Shown one piece after another: positions 40,401 through 48,208 of a stretch of DNA of 64,000 nucleotides (position 1 is its first letter; the number at the start of each line of letters is the position of its first letter). The stretch comes from Calditrichaceae bacterium (GTDB taxonomy: Bacteria > Calditrichota > Calditrichia > Calditrichales > JBFXGD01): NCBI GenBank assembly GCA_050173015.1, contig JBFXLE010000009.1:32001-96000 (forward strand), read 5' to 3'. The notes under the pieces were generated by a model. That model was given only the letters and a program-made list of their open reading frames with translations, did no database searches and had not been told where the DNA came from. The translations under genes and the position numbers were made by a program.

Positions 40401-43400
40401 TTCAAAAGGTACGCAACCAAATTCGCTGATATTTTGTCAAGAGCCGACATACTTTTTGCTGAAAGAGTCAGCAAATGATGTTTTTGTTCGGCAGAGCCGG
40501 GTAATGGCTCGGGAGCGTTTTCAAGAATAATATGGGCATTTGTGCCGCCAATTCCGAAGGAACTGACTCCGGCGAGTCTTCTGGTGTTTTTCACTGGCCA
40601 TTCCTGACCGCTGATGGTAAAAGCTATCGGGCTTTCGCCTGATTTGATATGCGGATTTAACCTGCTCAGGTGAAGATGTTTCGGAATATATTTGTTATTC
40701 AAAGCAAGTATCGTTTTAACAAAACCTGATATTCCGGAAGCGGCTTCAAGATGACCGATATTGGTTTTGACTGATCCGATAATCAGCGGGTTTGAAAAAT
40801 CACGTTTAACGGTCAGCACATTTCTGATCGCGTCTATCTCTATCGGATCGCCATACGCGGTACCGGTAGAGTGAGACTCAAGATAATCAATATCATCCGG
40901 TGAAACACCCGCGTCATGGAGAGCGAGCCGCAATACTTCCTGCTGCGCAAGACCTTTTGGAGCGCCAATACCGTTGCTCCGGCCATCCTGGTTTAGGGCA
41001 GATCCCCTGATTACAGCGTGAATCGGATCATGATCGCGGACCGCGTCGGATAACCTTTTTAATAAAACCACCCCGCATCCTTCACCGCGCACATATCCGT
41101 CAGCGTTTTCATCAAATGATCTGCAGCGTCCGGAGGGCGAGAGCATTCTTGCCTGAGATAATGTGACCGATACTTCAGGAGAAAGGATGAGATTAACGCC
41201 TCCCGCGATAAACAAATCCGAATCACCTTGTCTAAGGCTCCGGCAGGCATTATGAATCGCTGTCAGAGAGGACGAACAGGCCGTATCGACAGAGAGACTG
41301 GGGCCTCTGAGATCAAAGGTATAGGAGATACGATTGGCCGCAAGACTTAGAGCGTTCCCGGTGCCTGAATAACTGCTGATGTCATTAAGATTTTTGTTAT
41401 TAAGCCTTGAATAATCATTGGTGCTTATGCCGATATACACACCGGTATTGCTTCCGGCTATTAAGTCGGCATTTATACCCGCTGATTCAAAGGCTTCCCA
41501 CGTAGTTTCAAGTAACAGTCTTTGTTGAGGGTCCATATGAACCGCTTCTTTGGGAGATATACCAAAGAAATGGGCGTCAAATTGATCAACACCGCTGATA
41601 AATCCGCCGTATTTTGTAACCATTTTTCCGGGAGTACCGGGATTCGGATCATAAAAATCCTCTGCCCGCCAGCGATCCGCGGGAACTTCGGTAACGGCGT
41701 CAATCCCGTCTTTCAGAATTTTCCAGAACTCATCAGGATTATTCGCGCCGGGCATTCTCAAACTGTAACCGATCACAGCAATGGATTCATTTTTTATCTC
41801 TGCCGGCTTTGTCTTTTGATGAACGATGATTGGGATTTCGCCTTCACCCGCGAGATGCGCGGCCAGAGATGCAATATCAGGGTAATCCCAAATCAGTGTG
41901 GGGGACAGGGAACGGTTTAACCAGACTTCAAGGTCTCCCACCAATCCGACTGCCTGTGCTGAATCCAGCCCGTAACTTGAGAAAGGTTTTTGCGGGTCAA
42001 TCTCCGGGGCGCTAATTTCCAGTGCTTCCGCAAGACGCGCGGTTATCCATTCTTCTATCCGGAGCGTGTTTTCGTTTTTTTGCAAAGAATCACCGGAAAC
42101 ATGTTCTAGGTCCCGGATGACGTCAATATCTTCGGGTGATTCTGTCTCAACGGATTTTGTGACGAGCTTTAAAATCCCGTTTTCGTATTCATTTTTACAG
42201 GCGTGCCGTTGTATTTTTCCGCTTGAAGTTTTTGGAATAGTTCTCGGTTTGATGAGCGCGATTGAATGTGTCTGGATATCAAAAGTTTCATTGACGATCA
42301 GACGAATGGCATCGGTAATTTGCTTAATGTTTATGTTTTTTGAATGACGAACTTCTGCCACGACGACAAGGCGTTCGGAACCATCTTTTTCAATCGAAAA
42401 AGCGGCGGAACAACCCGGCCGAATCTCGGGATGACAGTTTTCTATAAGATATTCAATATCCTGAGGATAGTAATTTCTCCCCCTGATAATGATCAGATCT
42501 TTCACCCTGCCGGTTACATACAAATTACCGTTCTCAAGGTAGCCAAGATCTCCCGTTCTCAAAAACGGGCCTTCTCCGGAATTCGCGAGATGGGCATGGA
42601 AGGTTTTTTCTGACTCCTCAGAACGATTCCAGTAGCCCTGAGCCACATTGTCGCCTTTTATCCAGATCTCGCCGATCTGCAATTCTTCACAAGCGATCAT
42701 AGAATCCGGATTGACAATCGCGATTTTTTGACCGGATGGAGTTGTGCCGCAACTGACCAGGGGCAACGCATCCGGTGATTCTTTTTCCGTCGGAACTACT
42801 TTGTTTGAAGCCAGAGCATTCTTATCAAGTGTGGTCACAATAGGTTCAACTTTTATTGTGGTTCCTGTTACAAAAAGTGTTGCCTCCGCCAGACCGTAAC
42901 ATGGGATGAAACTGTCTTTTCTGAACCCCGCGACTTTAAATGTTTCCGTAAACCGTTCAATTGTCTGCTGTCTGACGGGCTCTGCGCCGCTAAAGGCTAC
43001 ATCCCAGTGACTCAGATCCAGCCCCATTAATTGTTCGGTAGTGATTTTTTTGACGCATAAATCATACGCGAAATTTGGACCGCCGCTTATGATTGATTTG
43101 TCCTTAATTTTTGAGATCGCCTGCAGCCAGCGGATGGGCTGCTGAAGAAAGTGTATAGGTGACATTAATGTAGCGGGTAGATTGCCAAAAAGCGGCTGAA
43201 GAATGCCTCCTATTAATCCCATGTCATGATAGATGGGCAGCCATATTACTCCGTGCGAATTGTTTGAGTATCCAAAACCCTCATGGATTTGGGCAGAATT
43301 AACGAGAAGATTATTATGCGAGAGCATGACCCCTTTAGGGACCCCTGTGGATCCGGAAGTATACTGCAAAAATGCCAGATTATCCCCGGTAATTCCGGGA

Positions 43401-44005
43401 TCCTTCCAATTCTCCGCCTGACCACCCAAAATATCATCTGTAGAGATCCATTGTAAATTGCCAAGTTCGTTTGCCTCGGCGATTCCGCTGCTCTTTGTTG
43501 AGAAAAAATCCATAGTGGTGCGGAATTTTCTCAGGAAAGGCACTTTATCCAGTGATTCGGTAAATTTGTTCCCGAGTTTTAAAATACGGATCATGTGAAG
43601 AATTGAGTTGTTTGTGAGAGCCAGAGTAGCCTGCGCATCCCTTATAATACCCTGAAGCCGCGGTAGGGTGCGGTTTAGGCGGTTCGGGTCTGGCGGGTAG
43701 GCGGGAACCGCAATGATACCGGCGTAGAGACAGCCGAAGAATCCTATAATGTATTCCAGTCCGGGCGGATAAAGCAATAAAGCGCGCGCGCCGGTCAGGC
43801 CTTTTTTCTGCAGGGTAGCCGCTACCGCGCGGGCAAGTTTGTCCAAATCGCTGTAGGTATAATTAATCTCCTTGGATTCACCATCTTTCAGATAGGTGTA
43901 GGCGATTTTGTCCGGATCAGTGAACGCTCTCCACTGTAAAAGCTCGATAAGTGTTGATGGCTTAAATTTTGGATCCGAATAATCAATTGATTTATATTTT
44001 GACAT
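37430..44005 (-). CDS. Fatty acyl-AMP ligase/type I PKS hybrid: FAAL-ACP-KS-AT(degenerate)-KR(degenerate)-ACP
   Basis: FAAL: AFLQYTSGSTG, WLPIYHDMGLIG, CYGLAEATL, PKTSSGKIQR. ACP: YGLDSAQ. KS: DTACSSS, ESHSTGT, NIGHLEAASG. AT remnant GYDSGE; KR remnant with AAYAAVN; final ACP FFDLGGNSL. Confidence 0.96.
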   Translation of the reverse strand: MSKYKSIDYSDPKFKPSTLIELLQWRAFTDPDKIAYTYLKDGESKEINYTYSDLDKLARAVAATLQKKGLTGARALLLYPPGLEYIIGFFGCLYAGIIAVPAYPPDPNRLNRTLPRLQGIIRDAQATLALTNNSILHMIRILKLGNKFTESLDKVPFLRKFRTTMDFFSTKSSGIAEANELGNLQWISTDDILGGQAENWKDPGITGDNLAFLQYTSGSTGVPKGVMLSHNNLLVNSAQIHEGFGYSNNSHGVIWLPIYHDMGLIGGILQPLFGNLPATLMSPIHFLQQPIRWLQAISKIKDKSIISGGPNFAYDLCVKKITTEQLMGLDLSHWDVAFSGAEPVRQQTIERFTETFKVAGFRKDSFIPCYGLAEATLFVTGTTIKVEPIVTTLDKNALASNKVVPTEKESPDALPLVSCGTTPSGQKIAIVNPDSMIACEELQIGEIWIKGDNVAQGYWNRSEESEKTFHAHLANSGEGPFLRTGDLGYLENGNLYVTGRVKDLIIIRGRNYYPQDIEYLIENCHPEIRPGCSAAFSIEKDGSERLVVVAEVRHSKNINIKQITDAIRLIVNETFDIQTHSIALIKPRTIPKTSSGKIQRHACKNEYENGILKLVTKSVETESPEDIDVIRDLEHVSGDSLQKNENTLRIEEWITARLAEALEISAPEIDPQKPFSSYGLDSAQAVGLVGDLEVWLNRSLSPTLIWDYPDIASLAAHLAGEGEIPIIVHQKTKPAEIKNESIAVIGYSLRMPGANNPDEFWKILKDGIDAVTEVPADRWRAEDFYDPNPGTPGKMVTKYGGFISGVDQFDAHFFGISPKEAVHMDPQQRLLLETTWEAFESAGINADLIAGSNTGVYIGISTNDYSRLNNKNLNDISSYSGTGNALSLAANRISYTFDLRGPSLSVDTACSSSLTAIHNACRSLRQGDSDLFIAGGVNLILSPEVSVTLSQARMLSPSGRCRSFDENADGYVRGEGCGVVLLKRLSDAVRDHDPIHAVIRGSALNQDGRSNGIGAPKGLAQQEVLRLALHDAGVSPDDIDYLESHSTGTAYGDPIEIDAIRNVLTVKRDFSNPLIIGSVKTNIGHLEAASGISGFVKTILALNNKYIPKHLHLSRLNPHIKSGESPIAFTISGQEWPVKNTRRLAGVSSFGIGGTNAHIILENAPEPLPGSAEQKHHLLTLSAKSMSALDKISANLVAYLLKYPDTNLSDLDYTLNTGRKPFNHRKIITYQNYQELIEALKDSKSDKFPTLSHKRIPVQAGMAFLFEGRNYSGIGSSGKFYEEIPEFKKYVDHCCALTKNQSDLPMSDIISGKINFQNESKVKLEKEAASHLASFIIQYAFARILIDYGVMPEIMAGYDSGEFLCAHLAGVITLEDSLKLILKHAEFSVAGNKNDAMLSDLSGNFKEYISSITLKKPSIKYISSVSGDFIAPEEAANPAYYIDLLTAPGQSDHILNALSDLPIQPIIVGFGNDRSGSRTPVSENRILSMMEDSEIDRSATLCLYSLLGKIWLSGKEINWSAFYRDEIRNKISLPTYPFERQRYWIDIHKTSSIADSNGEKPIDTSSRFHIPVWKQSDIPVRKTKLISAFKDTVCLIFGHHDPLTKQITEHLREYTKSVINICDGNNFHVSNEKIIINPSSEDDFRQLFDYLSEKKINPGVILYDTNGPEIASDHRGKDILDRHDRTPGFVYLSKVLNTLNYSEAPRLGVITRGMFDVTGSEKIDTSLSVFAGLIVALHEGHPDIHLHLIDLDPFAHGEGFSRRYSEQILHEFTGRNSDPIVAYRGRHRWTRHNEAIQLDVPDKKELLLRDDSTYLIAGSFDKSALLLAEHLSKSAKLKLILLSADSFPANENWDLWLESHDDKNVISRQIRQIRKIEKRGARVKIFTGNLSNFKNYDAGIKSMGPIRGFIFADIDSDPALLNVTSNGSHENITNSIKNMDAGFKKLTKLTIENGSDFCILHSSQPHPNDKYGLAAYAAVNHFIDSFSSLQNRAGQTQWISVNRDNRFIRKTETRSEPGINSEESANAILRILALRGIGRITVSSEVPDSEITEVSEISETGKSGNIKYSRPDLPTNYIPPKTKLEKQVVESWQNLLGIQTIGVNDDFFDLGGNSLLGTQLIAQVREQFNIELPLQSLFADPTISGITKIIDREINKASQKIDKVASMLARIEKISDQQANEMLRARKNDSL

Positions 44006-44366
44006 AACCTGCCTTTATAAATTTAAAAACCGGCATCGTACCGGTTTTGTAATTCAGATGTTTTGAGACAACGAACAAGCCAGTAAAGAATGAGAAATAT
44101 CGATCATGAATGCCGGGATGAAGATATGCGGAATTCTGAACGATTGTGATAATGAGACATGATAAATTAGAGGGATAGGTTGAGATGAAAAATGCTGAAA
44201 GAAGGGGATAATTCAACAACGCCGTTATTTTAAACAGACTGGAAATAGTAGAGTTGCCGATGCTCTCCGGATTTATAGTACCGGATATTAAAATATAGGT
44301 CGCATCGACTATTCTAACTTTGTCAGCATAGTCCCGGATTTGTTCTGGTAATGATAGACCCAACAA
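43992..44366 (-). CDS. Possible 124-aa leader ORF of unknown function
   Basis: TTG start preceded by GGGGGGAGAG; overlaps the PKS start by 14 nt; no recognisable motif. Confidence 0.2.
   Translation of the reverse strand: MLGLSLPEQIRDYADKVRIVDATYILISGTINPESIGNSTISSLFKITALLNYPLLSAFFISTYPSNLSCLIITIVQNSAYLHPGIHDRYFSFFTGLFVVSKHLNYKTGTMPVFKFIKAGYVKI
44025..44048 (-). terminator. Terminator-like hairpin 20 nt upstream of the PKS start
   Basis: Minus strand reads AAAACCGG-TACGATG-CCGGTTTTT. Confidence 0.4.
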
Positions 44367-44566
44367 ATCTCTCTCCCCCCAAAGACGAGATTCAAGTCAT
44401 CAATATCCATATTAAATTTAATTCCAAATACTCAGTAAGAACCGAAAAAATATAAGATCGCGTGTGTGTGTAACTGCTAATTAAAAATCAGTATTGCGCA
44501 GGTATAACCCCACTAGGTGTAGCCGTTTGAGCATAGAATTATTTACAAAATTATGATATTGTGAAT

Positions 44567-44582
44567 AGTGATATAGGTCACT
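44567..44582. promoter_or_regulatory. CRP/FNR-family-like palindrome in the cluster leader
   Basis: AGTGA-TATAGG-TCACT, compared with CRP consensus TGTGA-N6-TCACA. Confidence 0.35.
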
Positions 44583-44784
44583 CATATCATACCTTAAAAT
44601 GTATTTTATCTAACGCTAAGACTCAGAAAATATTCCAACTTAGTTAGCTTTAATCACTCGATTAGATTTTTAATCGGAGGGAAGATATTTTTCGGGATAT
44701 TTATAATAATTAAACCAATTAAATATTACTAAATTCATCTTATTACCGATATTTAACGGATTCAAAGACTATAAAGATGAATAA

Positions 44785-44958
44785 TCATAAGGGATTATCC
44801 GGCTTTTTTAGGATGCGGTTTGGATCAAATCGCATCTGCATCACCGGACATGACGCGCATTGAGACCCGTCTTCACCGACGGTCATCACTTTTTTGACAT
44901 GTTTGTATATATAAAAAACCGCGCCTGTCAGCACCAAACCGATAATTAATTCTTCCAT
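44785..44958 (-). CDS. FeoB-associated small Cys-rich membrane protein (57 aa)
   Basis: Hand translation MEELIIGLVLTGAVFYIYKHVKKVMTVGEDGSQCASCPVMQMRFDPNRILKKPDNPL*: N-terminal TM helix, basic patch, CxxC; starts 9 nt after the feoB stop. Confidence 0.8.
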   Translation of the reverse strand: MEELIIGLVLTGAVFYIYKHVKKVMTVGEDGSQCASCPVMQMRFDPNRILKKPDNPL

Positions 44959-44967
44959 AATTTCCGC

Positions 44968-47127
44968 CTATCCTAATCCTAAAAATATACCTGCCTGGTA
45001 AACTAAAAGTGATGAGATATATGCCAGGCTTGTCATATAGCCCACCATAATCAGCGGCCATTTCCAGGAGTTGGTTTCTTTTTTAATAATCGCAAACGTT
45101 GCCATGCATTGTGCGGCATAAGCGAAAAAGACCATCAGTGATATCGCCACAAGAGTCGTAAAAACCGGTCTTCCGTCAGGATGTGTATCTCTTTTCATGG
45201 CATCGATCAGACTGGTGCTCTCACCATCCCCGTTTTCAAGGTTGTATAAAGTCGACAGGGTACTGATGATGACTTCTCTGGCAGCAAACGAGGTGACTAA
45301 ACCTACACCGATTTTCCAGTCATATCCGAGCGGCTTGATGACCGGCTCGATGGCATGCCCTAATTTCCCGGCGTAACTTTGCTCAATCCGTTCTTTCGCG
45401 GTAAGGTCATTGTAATTGTCCGCTTTGGGGTATGAGGCGAGAAACCAAAGAACAATGGATATGGCAAGAATAATACTTCCCGCGTTGGCCAGAAACGATT
45501 TACCACGTTCATAGATTTGCCACCAAACAGATCTAAACAATGGCATCCGGTACGGAGGCAGTTCCATGATAAGACCGGATGAAGATTTCCGGCGAAAAAC
45601 TTTTTTAAATATGATCGCTACAAAAATTGCGGTGAACATGCCTAAGAAGTAGATACCCATCAGGGCGATTCCCTGAAGAGATAGGAATCCGAAAATGGTT
45701 TTTTGGGGAATGAATGCCGCGATTAATAACGTGTAAACGGGAAGACGGGCGCTGCAGCTCATTAAGGGAATGATCATAATTGTGACTACGCGATCCCGCC
45801 AGTTGTCGATAGTACGGGCCGCCATTATCGCGGGAATTGCGCATGCAAATCCACTGAGAAGAGGCAGTACTGAACGTCCATGAAGACCAATTTTACCCAT
45901 AAGGCGATCCAGCATAAAAGCCATTCTCGCCATATAGCCGGTATCTTCGAGAAGTGTCAGAAAGAAGACGAGTAGAATAATTTGTGGAAAAAATACGAGA
46001 ATACTGCCCACACCGGCAATAATACCGTCAACCAACAGGCTTTTCAGAACTCCCTCGGGGAGAAGCAAATTCGCCTGGGCAGATATCCATTCCACTCCTC
46101 CGGAAAACACTTCCATCGGATATTGCGCCCAGCTGAATATGGCGTTAAAAATAAAACCAATTACTAATATTAACGCGATCGGTCCGAAAACCTTGTGAGT
46201 CAATATCGAGTCAACCTTCTCGCTGAAACTTTTCAATTCAATTTTATCTTCATTGACCACTTTTGATAAATATACATCAATAAACGCGTATCTTGAAGCA
46301 GGTTCGAGGGCCTGATAGGGAATATCGCGTTTTTTAAATTCACCCCGGACACCTTCCAGCAGGCTCCTTAACTCATCGATTTCTTCCGATGACAGTATCT
46401 TTTCCAGATGAACGATATAATTGACTTCACCAATAAGCCGCAGCGCGTCAATCAGGGGAGAATGGTTGAGTTTGTTTTCCCGCTCAGAAAGAAATGTGAT
46501 CACCGGATTCAGTGGTTCCAGAAACCGGTCAATCTCAAGAAGTCTTGGTCGTGTTGCTTTGGGTTTATATTGATCAGGCGCTTTTAAGATAGCGTCAATG
46601 ATATCAGAAATCCCTTCGCCATATCTCGCGGAAGCCGGAATCACGGCGTATGCTTTTAGCCGGGATTTTAACAGAGGAACGTTTATTTTCAGACCTTTTT
46701 TTCTGGCTTCATCCATCATGTTAAGAACAATAACCGTGGGAATTGACCAATCCAGTATTTGCAAAGCAAGATAAATATTTCTTTGCAGATTTGTGGCATC
46801 AAGAACAACGACAACGGCATTCGGCCTGTTCTCCTTATCCCTCCAGCTTTGAACCATATCCGAGACAATCTTTTCGTCGATGCTCTTGGCGTTTAGGCTG
46901 TAGGTTCCGGGAAAATCTCTAATTTGAACCTTGTGTCCTCTAAGCCATCCGGATTTCTTTTCAACAGTGATCCCGGGATAATTTCCCACCTTGTGATGCA
47001 ATCCCGTCAATCTGTTAAAAAGTGCTGTTTTTCCACAGTTTGGATTTCCCAGAATAGCGATCCAGGGTGTTCTTTTGCTTCGGTCTATAATTTCGGAACT
47101 GATAGGCTGAAATTTAATTCCTTTCAA
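44968..47127 (-). CDS. feoB: Ferrous iron transporter B
   Basis: G1 GNPNCGKT, G2 VGNYPGITVE, G3 DFPGTYS, G4 NMMD; membrane motifs MSCSARLPVY and MELPPYRMP; TTG start overlaps the feoA stop. Confidence 0.97.
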   Translation of the reverse strand: MKGIKFQPISSEIIDRSKRTPWIAILGNPNCGKTALFNRLTGLHHKVGNYPGITVEKKSGWLRGHKVQIRDFPGTYSLNAKSIDEKIVSDMVQSWRDKENRPNAVVVVLDATNLQRNIYLALQILDWSIPTVIVLNMMDEARKKGLKINVPLLKSRLKAYAVIPASARYGEGISDIIDAILKAPDQYKPKATRPRLLEIDRFLEPLNPVITFLSERENKLNHSPLIDALRLIGEVNYIVHLEKILSSEEIDELRSLLEGVRGEFKKRDIPYQALEPASRYAFIDVYLSKVVNEDKIELKSFSEKVDSILTHKVFGPIALILVIGFIFNAIFSWAQYPMEVFSGGVEWISAQANLLLPEGVLKSLLVDGIIAGVGSILVFFPQIILLVFFLTLLEDTGYMARMAFMLDRLMGKIGLHGRSVLPLLSGFACAIPAIMAARTIDNWRDRVVTIMIIPLMSCSARLPVYTLLIAAFIPQKTIFGFLSLQGIALMGIYFLGMFTAIFVAIIFKKVFRRKSSSGLIMELPPYRMPLFRSVWWQIYERGKSFLANAGSIILAISIVLWFLASYPKADNYNDLTAKERIEQSYAGKLGHAIEPVIKPLGYDWKIGVGLVTSFAAREVIISTLSTLYNLENGDGESTSLIDAMKRDTHPDGRPVFTTLVAISLMVFFAYAAQCMATFAIIKKETNSWKWPLIMVGYMTSLAYISSLLVYQAGIFLGLG

Positions 47128-47381
47128 TTCATCTTTCCTTTCCCATTCCTTCTTCGAACGCGAATTTGTTTGGCTACAGAATTCCTGATAGACAAATGAA
47201 AACCGCGAATCTTTATTTCAATTGGATCCCCCAGGGGCGCGTACTTTATTACACGCAGTGGTGTTCCGTCGCTCAATCCCATATCCCTCAAACGCTCCTG
47301 ACTGTTTGTGTCATCATCCACTCCGCTTATAACCGCCTCATCACCGGGCATCAATTCATTGAGGGTCAATATCTTTTTCAT
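47124..47381 (-). CDS. feoA: FeoA family protein
   Basis: RLRDMGL...APLGDPIEIKIRG...SIR; directly upstream of feoB. Confidence 0.95.
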   Translation of the reverse strand: MKKILTLNELMPGDEAVISGVDDDTNSQERLRDMGLSDGTPLRVIKYAPLGDPIEIKIRGFHLSIRNSVAKQIRVRRRNGKGKMN

Positions 47382-47397
47382 TGCACATCCTTAGTGA

Positions 47398-47919
47398 TTA
47401 GTATTTCTCAAAACGGTTGGAGGATGATTTCTCTTTTCTTCCCCTTGATGATGCTGACCGTTTTAGGGTTTGTCGATAATTCTCCAATTGATCCAGAAAA
47501 GCGGACGCGGTTTTTTTCTCGCTGAGAGTAAAATCAATAAAATGCGTCAGTTCTTCATAAGTTTCGTAACTCAAAAGGTGTTCAATTTTACAGGCGTCAA
47601 TCTCGGCTTGTCGCTCAGAAATTCCGAGCACTTCCGTGAAAAATGTAAACGCGGCAATCCTTCTCTGTTTAATCATCTCCACAATTCCGCGTGATTGTTC
47701 AGACAAATTCAAAAATCGGTTTTCATCTTCTCCCACCAGTCCCTTATCCTTAAGGGATTTAATTGTCAGAGACGCGCTGCCCCTGGTGATATTAAGTCTT
47801 TTTGCTACATCGGTCACTCTGGCATAACCATATTCATTTAATAAATCGTAGATTGTCATCAAATGATGGGCGACGCTGTGCGTCGTGGAATTGTGGTCAA
47901 ATTCTTTCCATGTTTCCAA
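47398..47919 (-). CDS. DtxR/MntR-family metal-dependent repressor
   Basis: HTH ARVTDVAKRLNITRGSAS; dimerisation/metal motif FFTEVLG...AEIDACKIEHLLS; heads the feo operon. Confidence 0.9.
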   Translation of the reverse strand: METWKEFDHNSTTHSVAHHLMTIYDLLNEYGYARVTDVAKRLNITRGSASLTIKSLKDKGLVGEDENRFLNLSEQSRGIVEMIKQRRIAAFTFFTEVLGISERQAEIDACKIEHLLSYETYEELTHFIDFTLSEKKTASAFLDQLENYRQTLKRSASSRGRKEKSSSNRFEKY

Positions 47920-47963
47920 TGTTCCGGGCTCCGATTATTAAGCTTATGTTATATTTGTAACTT

Positions 47964-47983
47964 TTGTTTTATATGTAAAACAA
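47964..47983. promoter_or_regulatory. Candidate operator of the DtxR-family repressor
   Basis: Perfect inverted repeat TTGTTTTA-N4-TAAAACAA just downstream of the predicted -10. Confidence 0.65.
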
Positions 47984-47991
47984 TTGGATTG

Positions 47992-48020
47992 AATATAAAA
48001 ATACAAAACATCATAGTCAA
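47992..48020 (-). promoter_or_regulatory. Sigma70-type promoter for the regulator-feoAB operon
   Basis: Minus strand TTGACT-N17-TATATT. Confidence 0.65.
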
Positions 48021-48117
48021 TCAAATTAATAATCTAATCATCAATAAAATTATAACTCAGGATGATGATGCTAATTGTTAAGATTATCTAAATCGTCTTT
48101 ATTTAATACGCATTTAC

Positions 48118-48146
48118 TTGACATAAATGGGGGCTCATCGTATCTT
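48118..48146 (+). promoter_or_regulatory. Sigma70-type promoter for ppdK
   Basis: TTGACA-N17-TATCTT; GGAGG RBS at 48196-48200. Confidence 0.6.
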
Positions 48147-48208
48147 TCAAATTCATTATTTTGATAATATAATCACTAAACATAAAAAGTTCTACGGAGG
48201 TTTTCCCC

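Noticed and set aside
42-43464. Dozens of 60-150 aa ORFs on the plus strand or in alternate minus frames inside the NRPS/PKS genes
   Set aside because: They are shadow ORFs of long, motif-rich genes and show no recognisable domains.
44006-44785. Mobile element, integrase or riboswitch at the cluster boundary
   Set aside because: No transposase, integrase, tRNA, terminal repeats or recognisable riboswitch consensus was seen.
44873-45061. 62-aa ORF overlapping the feoB 3' end
   Set aside because: It overlaps feoB by about 90 nt; the 44785-44958 ORF fits the locus much better.
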